A stretch of DNA of 64,000 nucleotides from a virus, in the IMG/VR virus record IMGVR_UViG_3300022699_000232, positions 1-64,000 of that record, one strand, 5' to 3'. Positions within the stretch are counted from its first letter, which is position 1. Each line of letters opens with the position of its first letter. Made by a program: the position numbers and the translations under genes. Below are positions 25,661-35,477 of this stretch, piece by piece. Under the pieces are notes generated by a model that made no database searches, had not been told where the DNA came from, and worked only from the letters and a program-made list of their open reading frames with translations.

Positions 25661-28234
25661 ATGCCTCTGAATCCGCACATCAAGGGTGGCGCTGACGTCC
25701 CGATCCTGGACGGCGGTACTGGTGCGTCTACAGCTTCAGGGGCCCGTACGAATCTCGACGCGCTCAATGAGGCGGCTCACGATCTACTCGATCACTCAGG
25801 GCTCACAGGTGTCGGCGATCTCACAACCGCTGCCCACGCTTCGCTCGATCACTCCACTATTCCGCACTCTTTCCTGAATATCGGGACGGTCACCGACGCT
25901 GCTGCCTCCGGCGATTTTGCGGCCGGTCTTACGGGTGACAGCAGGATCGTCTTCGATCAAAGCAGCGGTGTTCTCCGCGCCATTCGGACGACGACGTCCA
26001 CGAACGACATCGACACTGTCCTTCGTGTGTTTCGTGAGAACACTGGCGGAACGGCCACTGGATTCGGCTCGTGCATCTCTTTTGCGATGTCCGACGACGG
26101 TGGCGTCGAGGTTACCGGCGGGGACATCAGCAGTGTTCTCACGCAGTTCTCTCCGGTAGAGACTGAGGTCCAGATCCGACCGGTGCAGTCGGGCTCGACC
26201 GTCTCGGCGGTTACGGTTCGCGGGTCCGACCTCGGTCTCGTGACAGGCGGTCCCATCAATGCTGGGACATACGCACGCGTCGGATCGTCTACGGCGGCAG
26301 TCGCTCCTGGCGACCTATCCACCGGCAATGGCGCAAACTCGCTTTTCTATAACGCCAGCGGCAATCAGCTTCAGCTTGTCGGGGCATCTGCGATCATCAG
26401 TAGTGACGATGCCCTTACTGTTGCCTCTGGGACGACCGATGATGCTCTGACTCTCCGGTCCGGAGACAACGGCGCTGGCGACAGTGGCGACGTCACCATC
26501 GATGCTGGTTCAGCCACCGGCACCGCAGGGACCGTCACACTAGCCGGCACCAACGCTGCCTCGCTTGTTCTCGGACGAGCCGGACTCGCTACGAGTGTTC
26601 CCGGTAATCTGACGGTCACAGGCGACCTAACGGTCAACGGCACAACGACGACTGTCGATACGACGAATATCCTCGTTGAGGATGTGCTCGCGCTCTTCGC
26701 TGCAAACGCTTCGACCGCCGACGAGGCCGGTCTAGCTTTCGAGCGGGGCTCCACCGGCGACGATTCTTTGCTCCTGTGGAACGAGGCCGGCACTCGCTTC
26801 GAGCTTGGCCTGTTCGATACCTCTGGTGGAACGACGGCGCCCACTGGTGCGCTGACGTCGCTGTCGGACCTGCGAGTCAACGATCTCCTGCTCGCCGGCA
26901 CCGCGCTCACCGCAGACGGGGCTCTCACTGTCACGGCGACCGGTGCTACGCTTAGTCTTGACGGGTCCGCGCTCGAAACGAGCGCTACATCACTGACTGC
27001 GGACGGAGCATTCACCGTCGCTGCTACGAGCGCGGTGCTCAGCCTTGATGGTAGTGGCATTGAGACGAATGCCACAAGTCTCACGGCCGACGCGGCGATC
27101 TCTTTTCTTAGCGGTAGCGGAAATAACGCACTCACCCTGAAGTCTGGCGACAATGGCGCCGGTGACTCGGGGGACGTCACCATCGACTCGGGCACGGCCA
27201 CTGGCACGGCTGGTGATGTGCTTGTTGGCACGACGAGCGCGAATGCAGTCAGCGTTGGTCGTAGTGGTCAAGCCACCACTATCAACGGTACACTCACTGT
27301 TTCCGAGGCGGCTACCTTTACTCTCGCGGCTGACTTCGACGCCGGGGCGACTGTGGCCGCCGGTCAGGCGATCACCGGCGATGGTGCTCTCACCGTTGCG
27401 GCTACCGGCGCGGTTTTGAGCCTCGATGGATCCGGGCTGGAGACTTCAGCGACCACGTTCACAGCCGACGCTGCGTTTACGCTTGCGTCTGGTGTCTCTG
27501 ACAATGCTCTGACCCTGAGGTCAGGTAACAACGGTGCAGGAGATTCAGGCGACGTTACGGTCGACTCGGGTACGGCGACTGGTACCGCCGGCGACGTGTT
27601 GATCGGCACTACGAGCGCAAATGCCGTTAGTATTGGTCGAAGTGGCCAGGCTACTACCGTCAACGGTACTTTGACGGTGACGGAAGCTGCCACGTTCACC
27701 GCCTCCGCCGACTTCGATTCGGGGGCTACGGTCGCGGCGGGACAGTCGATTACCGGCGATGGCGCGCTTACGATTACCGCAACTGGTTCTGCACTGAGTC
27801 TCGATGGTTCTGGGTTGGAGACGTCGTCGACCACACTCACAGCAGACGCCGCGTTTACTCTGTCCTCTGGTACTGCCGACAACGTCCTCACGCTGAAGTC
27901 TGGCGATAACGGGGCCGGTGACTCAGGCAACGTGGTGGTAGATGCTGGCACCGCGACCGGGACCGCAGGTGATGTCAACGTGGGCACGACCAACGCCGCC
28001 AATGTCAACGTAGGGCGCGCGGCAGGCAGCATCGGGTTCTTCGGCGCGACCGCCGTTGGTCAGCAGACGGATGTTGGCGTTCTCACAGACTCTAGTGGTG
28101 GTAGCGTGGACGGAACGGTTGCGGCTGTTAGCGGTTCCGGCGATGACACGACCATCAACAACAACTTTGCCGACCTGGTAGATAGGATCAACGGTCTGCG
28201 AACTTCGGTCCGTAACCTCGGACTCATGGCCTAA
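25661..28234 (+). CDS. long tail fibre protein with internal repeats
   Basis: DGGTGASTASGARTNL fibre motif; four LxSGDNGAGDSGDVTIDxGxATGTAGDV repeats; C-terminal IGFFGATAVGQ..INGLRTSVRNLGLMA. Confidence 0.85.
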   Translation: MPLNPHIKGGADVPILDGGTGASTASGARTNLDALNEAAHDLLDHSGLTGVGDLTTAAHASLDHSTIPHSFLNIGTVTDAAASGDFAAGLTGDSRIVFDQSSGVLRAIRTTTSTNDIDTVLRVFRENTGGTATGFGSCISFAMSDDGGVEVTGGDISSVLTQFSPVETEVQIRPVQSGSTVSAVTVRGSDLGLVTGGPINAGTYARVGSSTAAVAPGDLSTGNGANSLFYNASGNQLQLVGASAIISSDDALTVASGTTDDALTLRSGDNGAGDSGDVTIDAGSATGTAGTVTLAGTNAASLVLGRAGLATSVPGNLTVTGDLTVNGTTTTVDTTNILVEDVLALFAANASTADEAGLAFERGSTGDDSLLLWNEAGTRFELGLFDTSGGTTAPTGALTSLSDLRVNDLLLAGTALTADGALTVTATGATLSLDGSALETSATSLTADGAFTVAATSAVLSLDGSGIETNATSLTADAAISFLSGSGNNALTLKSGDNGAGDSGDVTIDSGTATGTAGDVLVGTTSANAVSVGRSGQATTINGTLTVSEAATFTLAADFDAGATVAAGQAITGDGALTVAATGAVLSLDGSGLETSATTFTADAAFTLASGVSDNALTLRSGNNGAGDSGDVTVDSGTATGTAGDVLIGTTSANAVSIGRSGQATTVNGTLTVTEAATFTASADFDSGATVAAGQSITGDGALTITATGSALSLDGSGLETSSTTLTADAAFTLSSGTADNVLTLKSGDNGAGDSGNVVVDAGTATGTAGDVNVGTTNAANVNVGRAAGSIGFFGATAVGQQTDVGVLTDSSGGSVDGTVAAVSGSGDDTTINNNFADLVDRINGLRTSVRNLGLMA

Positions 28235-28263
28235 AATCGTGATCGGTAATTGAGGTAACCACG

Positions 28264-28605
28264 ATGAAGATCGACTTCTCTCAGGAACTCAAGACCATCG
28301 AAGGAGATACGCTGCACCGCGAGCGTGTCGATAGCGGCAAGATCGCGCGTGTCCCCGCTACGCTGAAGTGGGCGACTGTCGAGGCGCTCCTGTCGCCTCC
28401 GGCAAACGCGAACGTTTCCGGGGAAGAGAAGGCTCGACGCTATGATCTCGCCATCAAGATCCAGCAGTCGCACACACCCCTCGATCTTCCCGTCGACGAC
28501 GTCAGCTTCATCAAGAAGCTCTGCGACGAGCACTTCCCTCCGCTCGTAATGGGTCAGACACGCAAGCTTCTGGAAGGCCCGCAGACTGAAGGGAAGAGCG
28601 ACTAG
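28264..28605 (+). CDS. fibre-associated protein (possible assembly chaperone)
   Basis: GEEKARRYDLAIKI..DDVSFIKKL..PPLVMGQ, a small helical protein directly after the fibre gene. Confidence 0.6.
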   Translation: MKIDFSQELKTIEGDTLHRERVDSGKIARVPATLKWATVEALLSPPANANVSGEEKARRYDLAIKIQQSHTPLDLPVDDVSFIKKLCDEHFPPLVMGQTRKLLEGPQTEGKSD

Positions 28606-28622
28606 CGCTCCGGAGAATCGAG

Positions 28623-29276
28623 ATGCCAGTCAATCCACACATCAAGGGCGGACCTGACGTTCCTGTCACCGATGGCGGTACCGGTGCCTCTAGTGCCTCC
28701 ACTGGCCTCTCGAATCTCGGCGGAATCGATACCTCCGCACACTCCTCGATTGACCACACCGGCATTCCGGGTGTTGGCGATCTGACGACCGCTGCTCACT
28801 CCTCGCTCGATCACACCGGCATTCCCGGTGCCGGCGCTTCGCTCATTGGGCAAGAATCAGGAACTCCATCCTCGTCTGGAGGGACTACAGCCGAGGAAAC
28901 TCTGTCTTCAGTGAGCGTGCCAGCAAATACGCTGGCGTCAAATGGGGACTCTCTTCGAGCCAGCTTTCGCGTTCAGGCGGGAACCCACCTCTCTGGAGCG
29001 TCGGCAACTACTCGTATCCGTTGGGGCGGTAGTCAGATCTACAGCAAAGCGGCCTCTCCCGGAGCGAACCTTCTTCTGAACATCGACGTGCGTATTAAGC
29101 GCACTGGCGTCGGCACGCAGGTGATCTACGTCGACGATGGGACCGTGACACGGATGACGGGGTCAGCAGACGAGACCTCGGGAAACTCCATCGCCATCTC
29201 AAATCAAAACTCGTCCGGCTCGAACGATGCTGGCGGGCTAGTCGTGGATCTGTTTGAGGTCGAGGCCGTCATCTAA
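28623..29276 (+). CDS. short fibre protein sharing its N-terminus with 25661-28234
   Basis: MPVNPHIKGGPDVPVTDGGTGASSA and two HSSxDHTGIPG repeats. Confidence 0.75.
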   Translation: MPVNPHIKGGPDVPVTDGGTGASSASTGLSNLGGIDTSAHSSIDHTGIPGVGDLTTAAHSSLDHTGIPGAGASLIGQESGTPSSSGGTTAEETLSSVSVPANTLASNGDSLRASFRVQAGTHLSGASATTRIRWGGSQIYSKAASPGANLLLNIDVRIKRTGVGTQVIYVDDGTVTRMTGSADETSGNSIAISNQNSSGSNDAGGLVVDLFEVEAVI

Positions 29277-29387
29277 GACGTAACCTGCTGGATTACAGAA
29301 GTTTCTCTCTTCTATCCCGCCTGGTAGACTAAGGTAGCCTCTGCTCAATGCGAGGGCCTCAGTTCCAATCTCGGGGAGCAGCCGACC

Positions 29388-30422
29388 GTGCCGAGACAGA
29401 TCATCGACGGCGCAGACGCCGTAGACGCTATTGCTGGTCTCAGCTTCCCCGATTTCGGCACCGGTGCGCTCGGCAACGTCACCATCGCCGCACCTACGGA
29501 TGCTGCCGGCCGGAAGAACTACAGCGCTCTAACCATCGATCCAGGTGCCCATCTAGCTGTCACCGCCCGTCGCAAGCTCGTGGTGCTGGTGCAGGGAAAT
29601 CTTACGGTGAACGGGCCCCTAACCGCTACGGGTCGGGGTGGTCTTGGCGCAGTCGGCGGAGACGGCGGCAACGCGGGCAGTTCCGCCTCTATTGCCAACC
29701 CAAAGAACGCTTCGGCATCCGGTGGCGGGGGCAGCGGTGGTGATGGGCAAGAATCGCTTGGTGCGGGCGGCGATGGTGCGTCCAGATCAACATCTCTGCT
29801 TGACGGCGCAGGTGCAGGCACAGGCGGCCCGTCTCCATCCGGTGGCAACGGCGGCGTCATTTCAGCGCTTGACGCGACAGAAAGGGGGCGCATCGAGGAT
29901 GATCTGGGCGGCTCTCCTTTCACTTACGCTCCTGGCGGCGGTGGCGGCGGTGGCGGCGGTACTGACTCTGGTGAGAGCGGTACTTCAGGACTAGGCGGTA
30001 CGCCAGGATCTCAGACTGGTTCCGGTTTTGGTGTTGGGGAAAATGGCGGAGATGGTTCTGGTGGCGGTGCCGGCGGCGGGGGCGCTGGCGGCGCCGGCGG
30101 CGGGGAGCTAGAAGTTCGTGTCGGCGGCGATGTGTTGATCGACGCAGCAGCCGAGATCAGTGCCGACGGCGCTGTTGGAGGAACCGGCGGTGACGCCGGT
30201 GAACCCTCTGTCGCAGGTGCCGGCGGCGGCGGCGGGGGCGGCGCTGGAGGAATCATTCTTCTCATTTACCGCGGTACACCGACGAACGTAGACGCTGCGC
30301 ACGTACATGCTGACGGCGGAGCAGGTGGTAACGGAGGAGTCGAGACCGGCGGCGGTGGCGGCGACGATGGTTTCGACGGCTCCACCGGGGAAGACGGTTA
30401 TGCTGTCTTCTTCCAGGTGTAG
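29388..30422 (+). CDS. glycine-rich (polyglycine-II type) adhesin-like protein, copy 1
   Basis: FGTGALG..NYSALTI..RRKLVV; Gly runs; GGGGAGGIILLIY..ADGGAGG..GEDG. Confidence 0.75.
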   Translation: MPRQIIDGADAVDAIAGLSFPDFGTGALGNVTIAAPTDAAGRKNYSALTIDPGAHLAVTARRKLVVLVQGNLTVNGPLTATGRGGLGAVGGDGGNAGSSASIANPKNASASGGGGSGGDGQESLGAGGDGASRSTSLLDGAGAGTGGPSPSGGNGGVISALDATERGRIEDDLGGSPFTYAPGGGGGGGGGTDSGESGTSGLGGTPGSQTGSGFGVGENGGDGSGGGAGGGGAGGAGGGELEVRVGGDVLIDAAAEISADGAVGGTGGDAGEPSVAGAGGGGGGGAGGIILLIYRGTPTNVDAAHVHADGGAGGNGGVETGGGGGDDGFDGSTGEDGYAVFFQV

Positions 30423-30442
30423 GACGTAGGACGGTCGCGATC

Positions 30443-31348
30443 ATGATGATCCAGAAGACAAGTCCGTGCTGCGGAGAACTCCTGTTCCAGGCTGAGAAAC
30501 CCGACCATCTCGCGGCTGAGGTATTCCTTCAGGCGTGGAAGGACGACGCGAACAACCAGAACGGCCATGGATTCGAGTGTCCAGGCTGTGGTGGTTACTT
30601 CCGTACCCAGGATGACGGCATCCCCGCCGGCGATGGTGGCGGGTTGATGCTTCTCGACGAATCGAAGCCGCGCATCGACTCGCTGACCATCGGGTCGGGC
30701 TCTCGAACAGGCGGCGAGGCTCTCTACATCAACGGAGCGTCTCTCGACTCCGGGACCCTTAGCGTCACCTTCGCTGGAAAGCCCGTGAAGGAGTTGACCG
30801 ACATCACAACATCCAGTGCTCGCGTCGTGAGCCCCGTTGGTACTTATCGTCTCCTTCCAGAGGGTGATGAACTCGTGAAGCTCTCGCTTTCGAATCGGTC
30901 GGGGACGCCCGCACTCAACGAGGAACTCCGACAAGGTTCTAAGCGCGTGGGCGTCATCCGTTTGGTGGAGGCGGATGAGATTCGAATTACACTGGATTCT
31001 GGCTTCACGAATTCGATCACCTCTTTGATCGGTAACACGGTGAAGGGCAGTTCCTCCGGGTTTACTGCAACCGTCTCGACGGCGATTAGGCCGGAATTCA
31101 TCGATGGCGAGGAAGTTGTCGGACAGACTGGCGGGGCTAAGGGTGTTCTTAGATCTCGCGAGGAATGGATCGTTGATTCACCCACGCGGGCATATCAGGC
31201 TGGTGAGTTGGTAAAGGGTAGTTCCTCGGGCACTTACATCCGACTCGTTACTCCCGCTTACTCCGGTGCTGTGGACGTCGCGGTTTCCAACGAGCGCGGT
31301 CAGCGCGATGTTGGCAGCGTCCTCAAGAACGGGTTCACCTACCTGTAG
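30443..31348 (+). CDS. Zn-finger plus split IPT/TIG-domain protein, copy 1
   Basis: CCGE..ECPGCG; PRIDSL..SGSRTGGEALYINGASL..VTFAG ... GAVDVAVSN..GFTY, with an inserted FxxGExVxGxxSGAxG repeat region. Confidence 0.75.
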   Translation: MMIQKTSPCCGELLFQAEKPDHLAAEVFLQAWKDDANNQNGHGFECPGCGGYFRTQDDGIPAGDGGGLMLLDESKPRIDSLTIGSGSRTGGEALYINGASLDSGTLSVTFAGKPVKELTDITTSSARVVSPVGTYRLLPEGDELVKLSLSNRSGTPALNEELRQGSKRVGVIRLVEADEIRITLDSGFTNSITSLIGNTVKGSSSGFTATVSTAIRPEFIDGEEVVGQTGGAKGVLRSREEWIVDSPTRAYQAGELVKGSSSGTYIRLVTPAYSGAVDVAVSNERGQRDVGSVLKNGFTYL

Positions 31349-31360
31349 GGGATGATCTAG

Positions 31361-32362
31361 ATGCCCAGGCAAGTCACCGACGGACTGGAACTCACTGACG
31401 CGATTACCGCCGCAGGTCTAGACGCTCGATTCGGTAGCGGCGCCCTTGGTGATGGTACGATCTCCAGCCTCATGGAGGTTGGAGGCGAACTCAACTACAA
31501 CAACCTCGTCGTTGAGACGTCTGGGGCTCTTATTGCGCTGGTAAGGCGCAAGCTCACTGTTCGTTGTCGAGCGAATTGTGACATCCAAGGCAGCGGGGCA
31601 ATCCACGCTGACGGGCGCGGCGCTGTCGGTGTAGCAGGCGGTGCTGGGTTCTTTGGCGCTGGATCTGGCTTTTCCGGTCAGGCCGGCATTGCCGGTTTTT
31701 CCTTCGCCGGAGGCGGAGGCGGAGGCGGGGGCGGCGCCACCGCGGCCGGTGGAATCGGCGGTGATCGTAGTCCGATGCTCAACGGAGGGACCAGCACCGG
31801 CGGTGCCCCGGGTACTGCCTCGGTGGATGGCGCGGCCCCGACTGCCTTGAGTGGCGACGTTCGTCCGCGGTTGGAAGACGCTCCGATTTCGCAGATGTTG
31901 TTGTGGTCTTCGTCGGGTGGAAGCGGCTCCGGTGGTGCGGGCACCGGCTCTACTGGCTCAGCAGGTGCGGGCGGCGTCCCCGGAACTCAGACCGGCTCAG
32001 ACCTCGGTGGTGGCGGTGCTGGTGGCAGCGGTTCCATGGGCTCTTCAAGTGGTGGAGGAGCCAGTGGTGCAGGAGCAGGCTCCATTGCGCTCTTCGTCGG
32101 CAGTGATCTCACGATTGACGCTTCGGCTCGCATCTCTGCCGACGGCGGAGATGGCGGTGACGGTGGTGCTGGTGGTGCTAATGATGGTGGCGCCGGCGGG
32201 GGCGGCGCTGGCGGCATGGTCGAAGTGATCTACAACACGAGCACAACCCCCGGCAACATCGATGCTGCCCACATCCATGCGAATGGCGGCGCTGGTGGAA
32301 CTTCTTCTGAGGGCGACGGTGGTGCCGGCGAAGACGGTATCGCCGTGTTTAAGGAGGTGTAG
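31361..32362 (+). CDS. glycine-rich adhesin-like protein, copy 2
   Basis: MPRQVTDG..FGSGALGD..NYNNL..RRKLTV; colinear with 29388-30422. Confidence 0.75.
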   Translation: MPRQVTDGLELTDAITAAGLDARFGSGALGDGTISSLMEVGGELNYNNLVVETSGALIALVRRKLTVRCRANCDIQGSGAIHADGRGAVGVAGGAGFFGAGSGFSGQAGIAGFSFAGGGGGGGGGATAAGGIGGDRSPMLNGGTSTGGAPGTASVDGAAPTALSGDVRPRLEDAPISQMLLWSSSGGSGSGGAGTGSTGSAGAGGVPGTQTGSDLGGGGAGGSGSMGSSSGGGASGAGAGSIALFVGSDLTIDASARISADGGDGGDGGAGGANDGGAGGGGAGGMVEVIYNTSTTPGNIDAAHIHANGGAGGTSSEGDGGAGEDGIAVFKEV

Positions 32363-32365
32363 TCG

Positions 32366-33268
32366 ATGAGCTTTTCGGTCGACTGCGACTACTGCGCCCC
32401 TCCAGGCAACACCCTAGTTGCATTCCAACCTCATCCCGACCAAAAGCAGTCCGAGTTCGATGCTGCCTGGAAGGCAGCGGCTTCGCTGGTCGGCAACATC
32501 GAGTGCGCTAACTGCGGCGCCCGATATCAATTGGCCGACGATCCGGCTGGTTCCGTCCAGCCCATGAACATGTCCAGGCCGAAGATCACCTCGATCAACG
32601 CGACGTCGGGTTATCGCGCTGGCGGCAACGTTATCTTTATCTCAGGCGAGGCTCTTGAGGTCGGAGACCTCGTCGTGCGCTTTGCCGGCAAAGCCGCACC
32701 CACTGTGGATCAGCGAACGAAGACGACGGCACGCGTTGTAGTGCCGCAGGGATGCTACCGACTAAACGTCGAGGAGTTGCTCTCACGCCTGGTGGTCGCT
32801 GTTACCAACGGAAGCTTTCAGGTGGGCGAGTCGATCACGACATCCGACGGCTCGACAGGCGTTGTCAGGCACATCGCGAGCAGTGTCTTCATGGTCTACA
32901 TGTCTACGCTCGTCACCTCTCTCGATGACCTCGTGGGGCTGACCGTCAGTGGTGGTTCTTCTGGGGCGACGGGAACCATCAATGCTGTATCAATGCCGCT
33001 CTTCTCAGATGGTGAGATTGGCAGAGGGACTACTAGTCTCACGAGCGGGCTGATGAGAGACAGTGCTGCGACTCCTTACGCGCCGGTCGTCGATAACCCA
33101 ACTGATTCTTTCGCGCCTGGCGAGCTTGTCGAGGGCACGGTATCCGGCGCTATGGTGAAGCTGTCGGGCAGTCCGGCATATTCAGGACTCGTCGACATTA
33201 CGGTCGAGAACGAGTACGGTCAGAGGGACTCGGGAAATACCCTCGAAGACGCCTACACCTACCAGTAG
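32366..33268 (+). CDS. Zn-finger plus split IPT/TIG-domain protein, copy 2
   Basis: CDYC..ECANCG; PKITSINATSGYRAGGNVIFISG..VRFAG ... GLVDITVEN..AYTY; colinear with 30443-31348. Confidence 0.75.
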   Translation: MSFSVDCDYCAPPGNTLVAFQPHPDQKQSEFDAAWKAAASLVGNIECANCGARYQLADDPAGSVQPMNMSRPKITSINATSGYRAGGNVIFISGEALEVGDLVVRFAGKAAPTVDQRTKTTARVVVPQGCYRLNVEELLSRLVVAVTNGSFQVGESITTSDGSTGVVRHIASSVFMVYMSTLVTSLDDLVGLTVSGGSSGATGTINAVSMPLFSDGEIGRGTTSLTSGLMRDSAATPYAPVVDNPTDSFAPGELVEGTVSGAMVKLSGSPAYSGLVDITVENEYGQRDSGNTLEDAYTYQ

Positions 33269-33280
33269 GTCGAGTAGCTC

Positions 33281-34930
33281 ATGGCTAGGAACATCGACGA
33301 CTTCATCACTCCTACTGAGCACTCGGCCATCGACCATACCGGTATTCCCGGCACAGGTGGCGGTGGTGGGTCGACCATCGTAGGTGCCAGGGTTCTCTTC
33401 GCGGACGACAATCCGGCAGGCCAAGGCACCGTCTATTCGTTGACGGCCAATACTTTGACCGCCGACAACCAGTCCCTCGAAATCACGCTCAATTTCTCAC
33501 CCGGCACCGGGTCTGACCCAGACTGGAGTGTGACGCTAGGCGGTCAGACGCTCATCAACTGGACCTCGATCCCCGTTGGCACCAGCAACGTGGGGTTCGC
33601 GCGGATCCGCGTTTTTCGCACTGGTGCTACGACTGGTCGTGCGAGCGTTCATGCGTGGGTAGCTGAGGACGACACGGCGCAGGCCGGGTTATCTGAGGTC
33701 TACAGCAACGCGGCGCCTGGTCTCACTCTCGATTGGTCCACCATCCTGGACCTCGACTCTCTCTTTTCTGGCGGAACTGGAACAAGTCTCTCGAATTTCC
33801 ATGTCCTCCAGTGGCCCCAGGCCGGGGCTCTTGGCGTTTCAGGCATCGGTTCAGATACCCTTCCAACCGGCACCATCGTGCCCTATGCCGGCACAGTGTC
33901 CTCGGTTCCTGCTGGATTCCTTCCCTGCGATGGCTCGCTGGCAGATGAGACCGTGGAGACGGAACTCTTCGCCGTCATCGGGTCGACATGGAATACAGGC
34001 GGCGAGCCCGCGGGCTTCTTCCGACTTCCCGATCTACGCGCCAAGAGCGTCCTTGGCCTCAATGACGGAACTCTTCCGAACGGCGCGGATGGTGGTTTCT
34101 CGACGAGAAATCTCGCGGACACGGGTGGTTCAGAGTCGGGTTCAACGAGCAGTGCTGGCGCACACGTTCACACACAGCCCGATTCATTCTCTACGTCTAG
34201 CCTCGGCGGGTCTGCGAACAATGCGGATAGCGGCGGCGCGGGTACTATCGATCTGATTCCAGCCGGCACGGTCGACCACGACCACTCGCTGCAAGATACG
34301 GACAGTGCCGGTAGTCACAGTCACACGACCAGTCGGATGCACCCCTTTGCCGTGTGTCCCTACATCATCAAGTCGCAGCAGGTCGGCGGCGGGCTCGGGG
34401 TCACGGCGCAGAATAACGGCGGGGCGCTCACGGGAACCCAGCCGACGCTGAACTTCATCCCCACCGGAGGCGCCGGTGTCTCCGTGGTAGAGGACTCCGG
34501 TAACAACCGACTCGACATCACCATCTCCGCGCCGACTGCCGGACTCAGCAGCTTCACCAATTCGCGCGCTGCCGTGAGTGGAACAAACACCTTCACTAAC
34601 AACCTGAGCCTAAACTCGGGCGGCTCAGGTACGTCTGACCTTGCCATAGTGGTCGCGGCGGGTGCTATTCGTGGGGACGCGAATGCTGACACGAACCGAC
34701 AGATGTGCATCGGCGCCTACGAGTTTGACGATCCGTCTGGCGTGTTCATCTGCTTCACTACCGGTTTCGCGACGTTCAGCAACGGCTCGGGAAATCAAAC
34801 CATTCTCGGACACCCCGATGGCACGCGGTACACTGTGAATAACTCTGGCGGTGGCGGAAACCCTGCTATTGATCGATCTGCCGGGTCGAGCGATTTCTCT
34901 GGGTTTGGTCTGGGTTTGAAGATCTCCTAG
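33281..34930 (+). CDS. tail fibre protein with phage tail collar domain
   Basis: LPTGTIVPYAG..PAGFLPCDGS..LFAVIGSTW..FRLPDLR..AGAHVH..HDHS..AGSHSH..HPFAVCPYIIK. Confidence 0.9.
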   Translation: MARNIDDFITPTEHSAIDHTGIPGTGGGGGSTIVGARVLFADDNPAGQGTVYSLTANTLTADNQSLEITLNFSPGTGSDPDWSVTLGGQTLINWTSIPVGTSNVGFARIRVFRTGATTGRASVHAWVAEDDTAQAGLSEVYSNAAPGLTLDWSTILDLDSLFSGGTGTSLSNFHVLQWPQAGALGVSGIGSDTLPTGTIVPYAGTVSSVPAGFLPCDGSLADETVETELFAVIGSTWNTGGEPAGFFRLPDLRAKSVLGLNDGTLPNGADGGFSTRNLADTGGSESGSTSSAGAHVHTQPDSFSTSSLGGSANNADSGGAGTIDLIPAGTVDHDHSLQDTDSAGSHSHTTSRMHPFAVCPYIIKSQQVGGGLGVTAQNNGGALTGTQPTLNFIPTGGAGVSVVEDSGNNRLDITISAPTAGLSSFTNSRAAVSGTNTFTNNLSLNSGGSGTSDLAIVVAAGAIRGDANADTNRQMCIGAYEFDDPSGVFICFTTGFATFSNGSGNQTILGHPDGTRYTVNNSGGGGNPAIDRSAGSSDFSGFGLGLKIS

Positions 34931-35400
34931 TGCTGGGACTGCTCGAAAAGATCCTTCAGGCGAAGGCAGCCGTTGAAAGTGGAGATGCTCCGCACGTCAC
35001 CATCTCGCTCGACCTGAGCGATCCACGCGCGCAACGGCTTGCTGAGCTAGCAAAGAAGTTGTTGCTTCCGACGACCAAGATCCACAAGACCGGACTCACA
35101 ACGAAGACCGGTATGATTATTCCCGAGCGCGCCGAGGAGTTCATTGAAGTGCTGAGAAGGGAGGTCGGTGACGAGGTCATGGACGATCTCGCTTCTGACC
35201 TGAGGGCTCAGATACAAGCGCGACAGAGGAACACCGCCTCCGGCCTTGGCAAACAACTCGTCTCTGATCCGGGGGCCATTGCAGCTACTACAAAGAGCCT
35301 GCTCTCTGAGGAGAGCTTCCGAGACGCACTCTCGCCGAGCGAGAAGACTGCTTTCGGAAACATCGCAGACGCGCTGGAGCGCGGCGAAGCGAGTATCTAG
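34930..35400 (+). CDS. hypothetical helical protein (possible fibre chaperone)
   Basis: Coupled to the collar gene by a TAGTG overlap. Confidence 0.65.
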   Translation: MLGLLEKILQAKAAVESGDAPHVTISLDLSDPRAQRLAELAKKLLLPTTKIHKTGLTTKTGMIIPERAEEFIEVLRREVGDEVMDDLASDLRAQIQARQRNTASGLGKQLVSDPGAIAATTKSLLSEESFRDALSPSEKTAFGNIADALERGEASI

Positions 35401-35419
35401 CCTCGTTTTCCCTATCACC

Positions 35420-35447
35420 TTGCAACGGGTTTCTGAGCAGTTATACT
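35420..35447 (+). promoter_or_regulatory. sigma70-like promoter TTGCAA-16-TATACT
   Basis: In the intergenic gap upstream of AGGAGG RBS and the RHH gene. Confidence 0.55.
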
Positions 35448-35477
35448 CGCGAGTAGACCTACTCAGGAGGCTAGTGG

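Noticed and set aside
26440-28020. CRISPR-like or DNA tandem repeat array
   Set aside because: Repeats are in-frame degenerate protein repeats of the tail fibre; no identical repeat with unique spacers was seen anywhere in the window
29388-32362. Mycobacterial PE-PGRS genes
   Set aside because: No PE domain; Gly-rich composition only, in a phage fibre context
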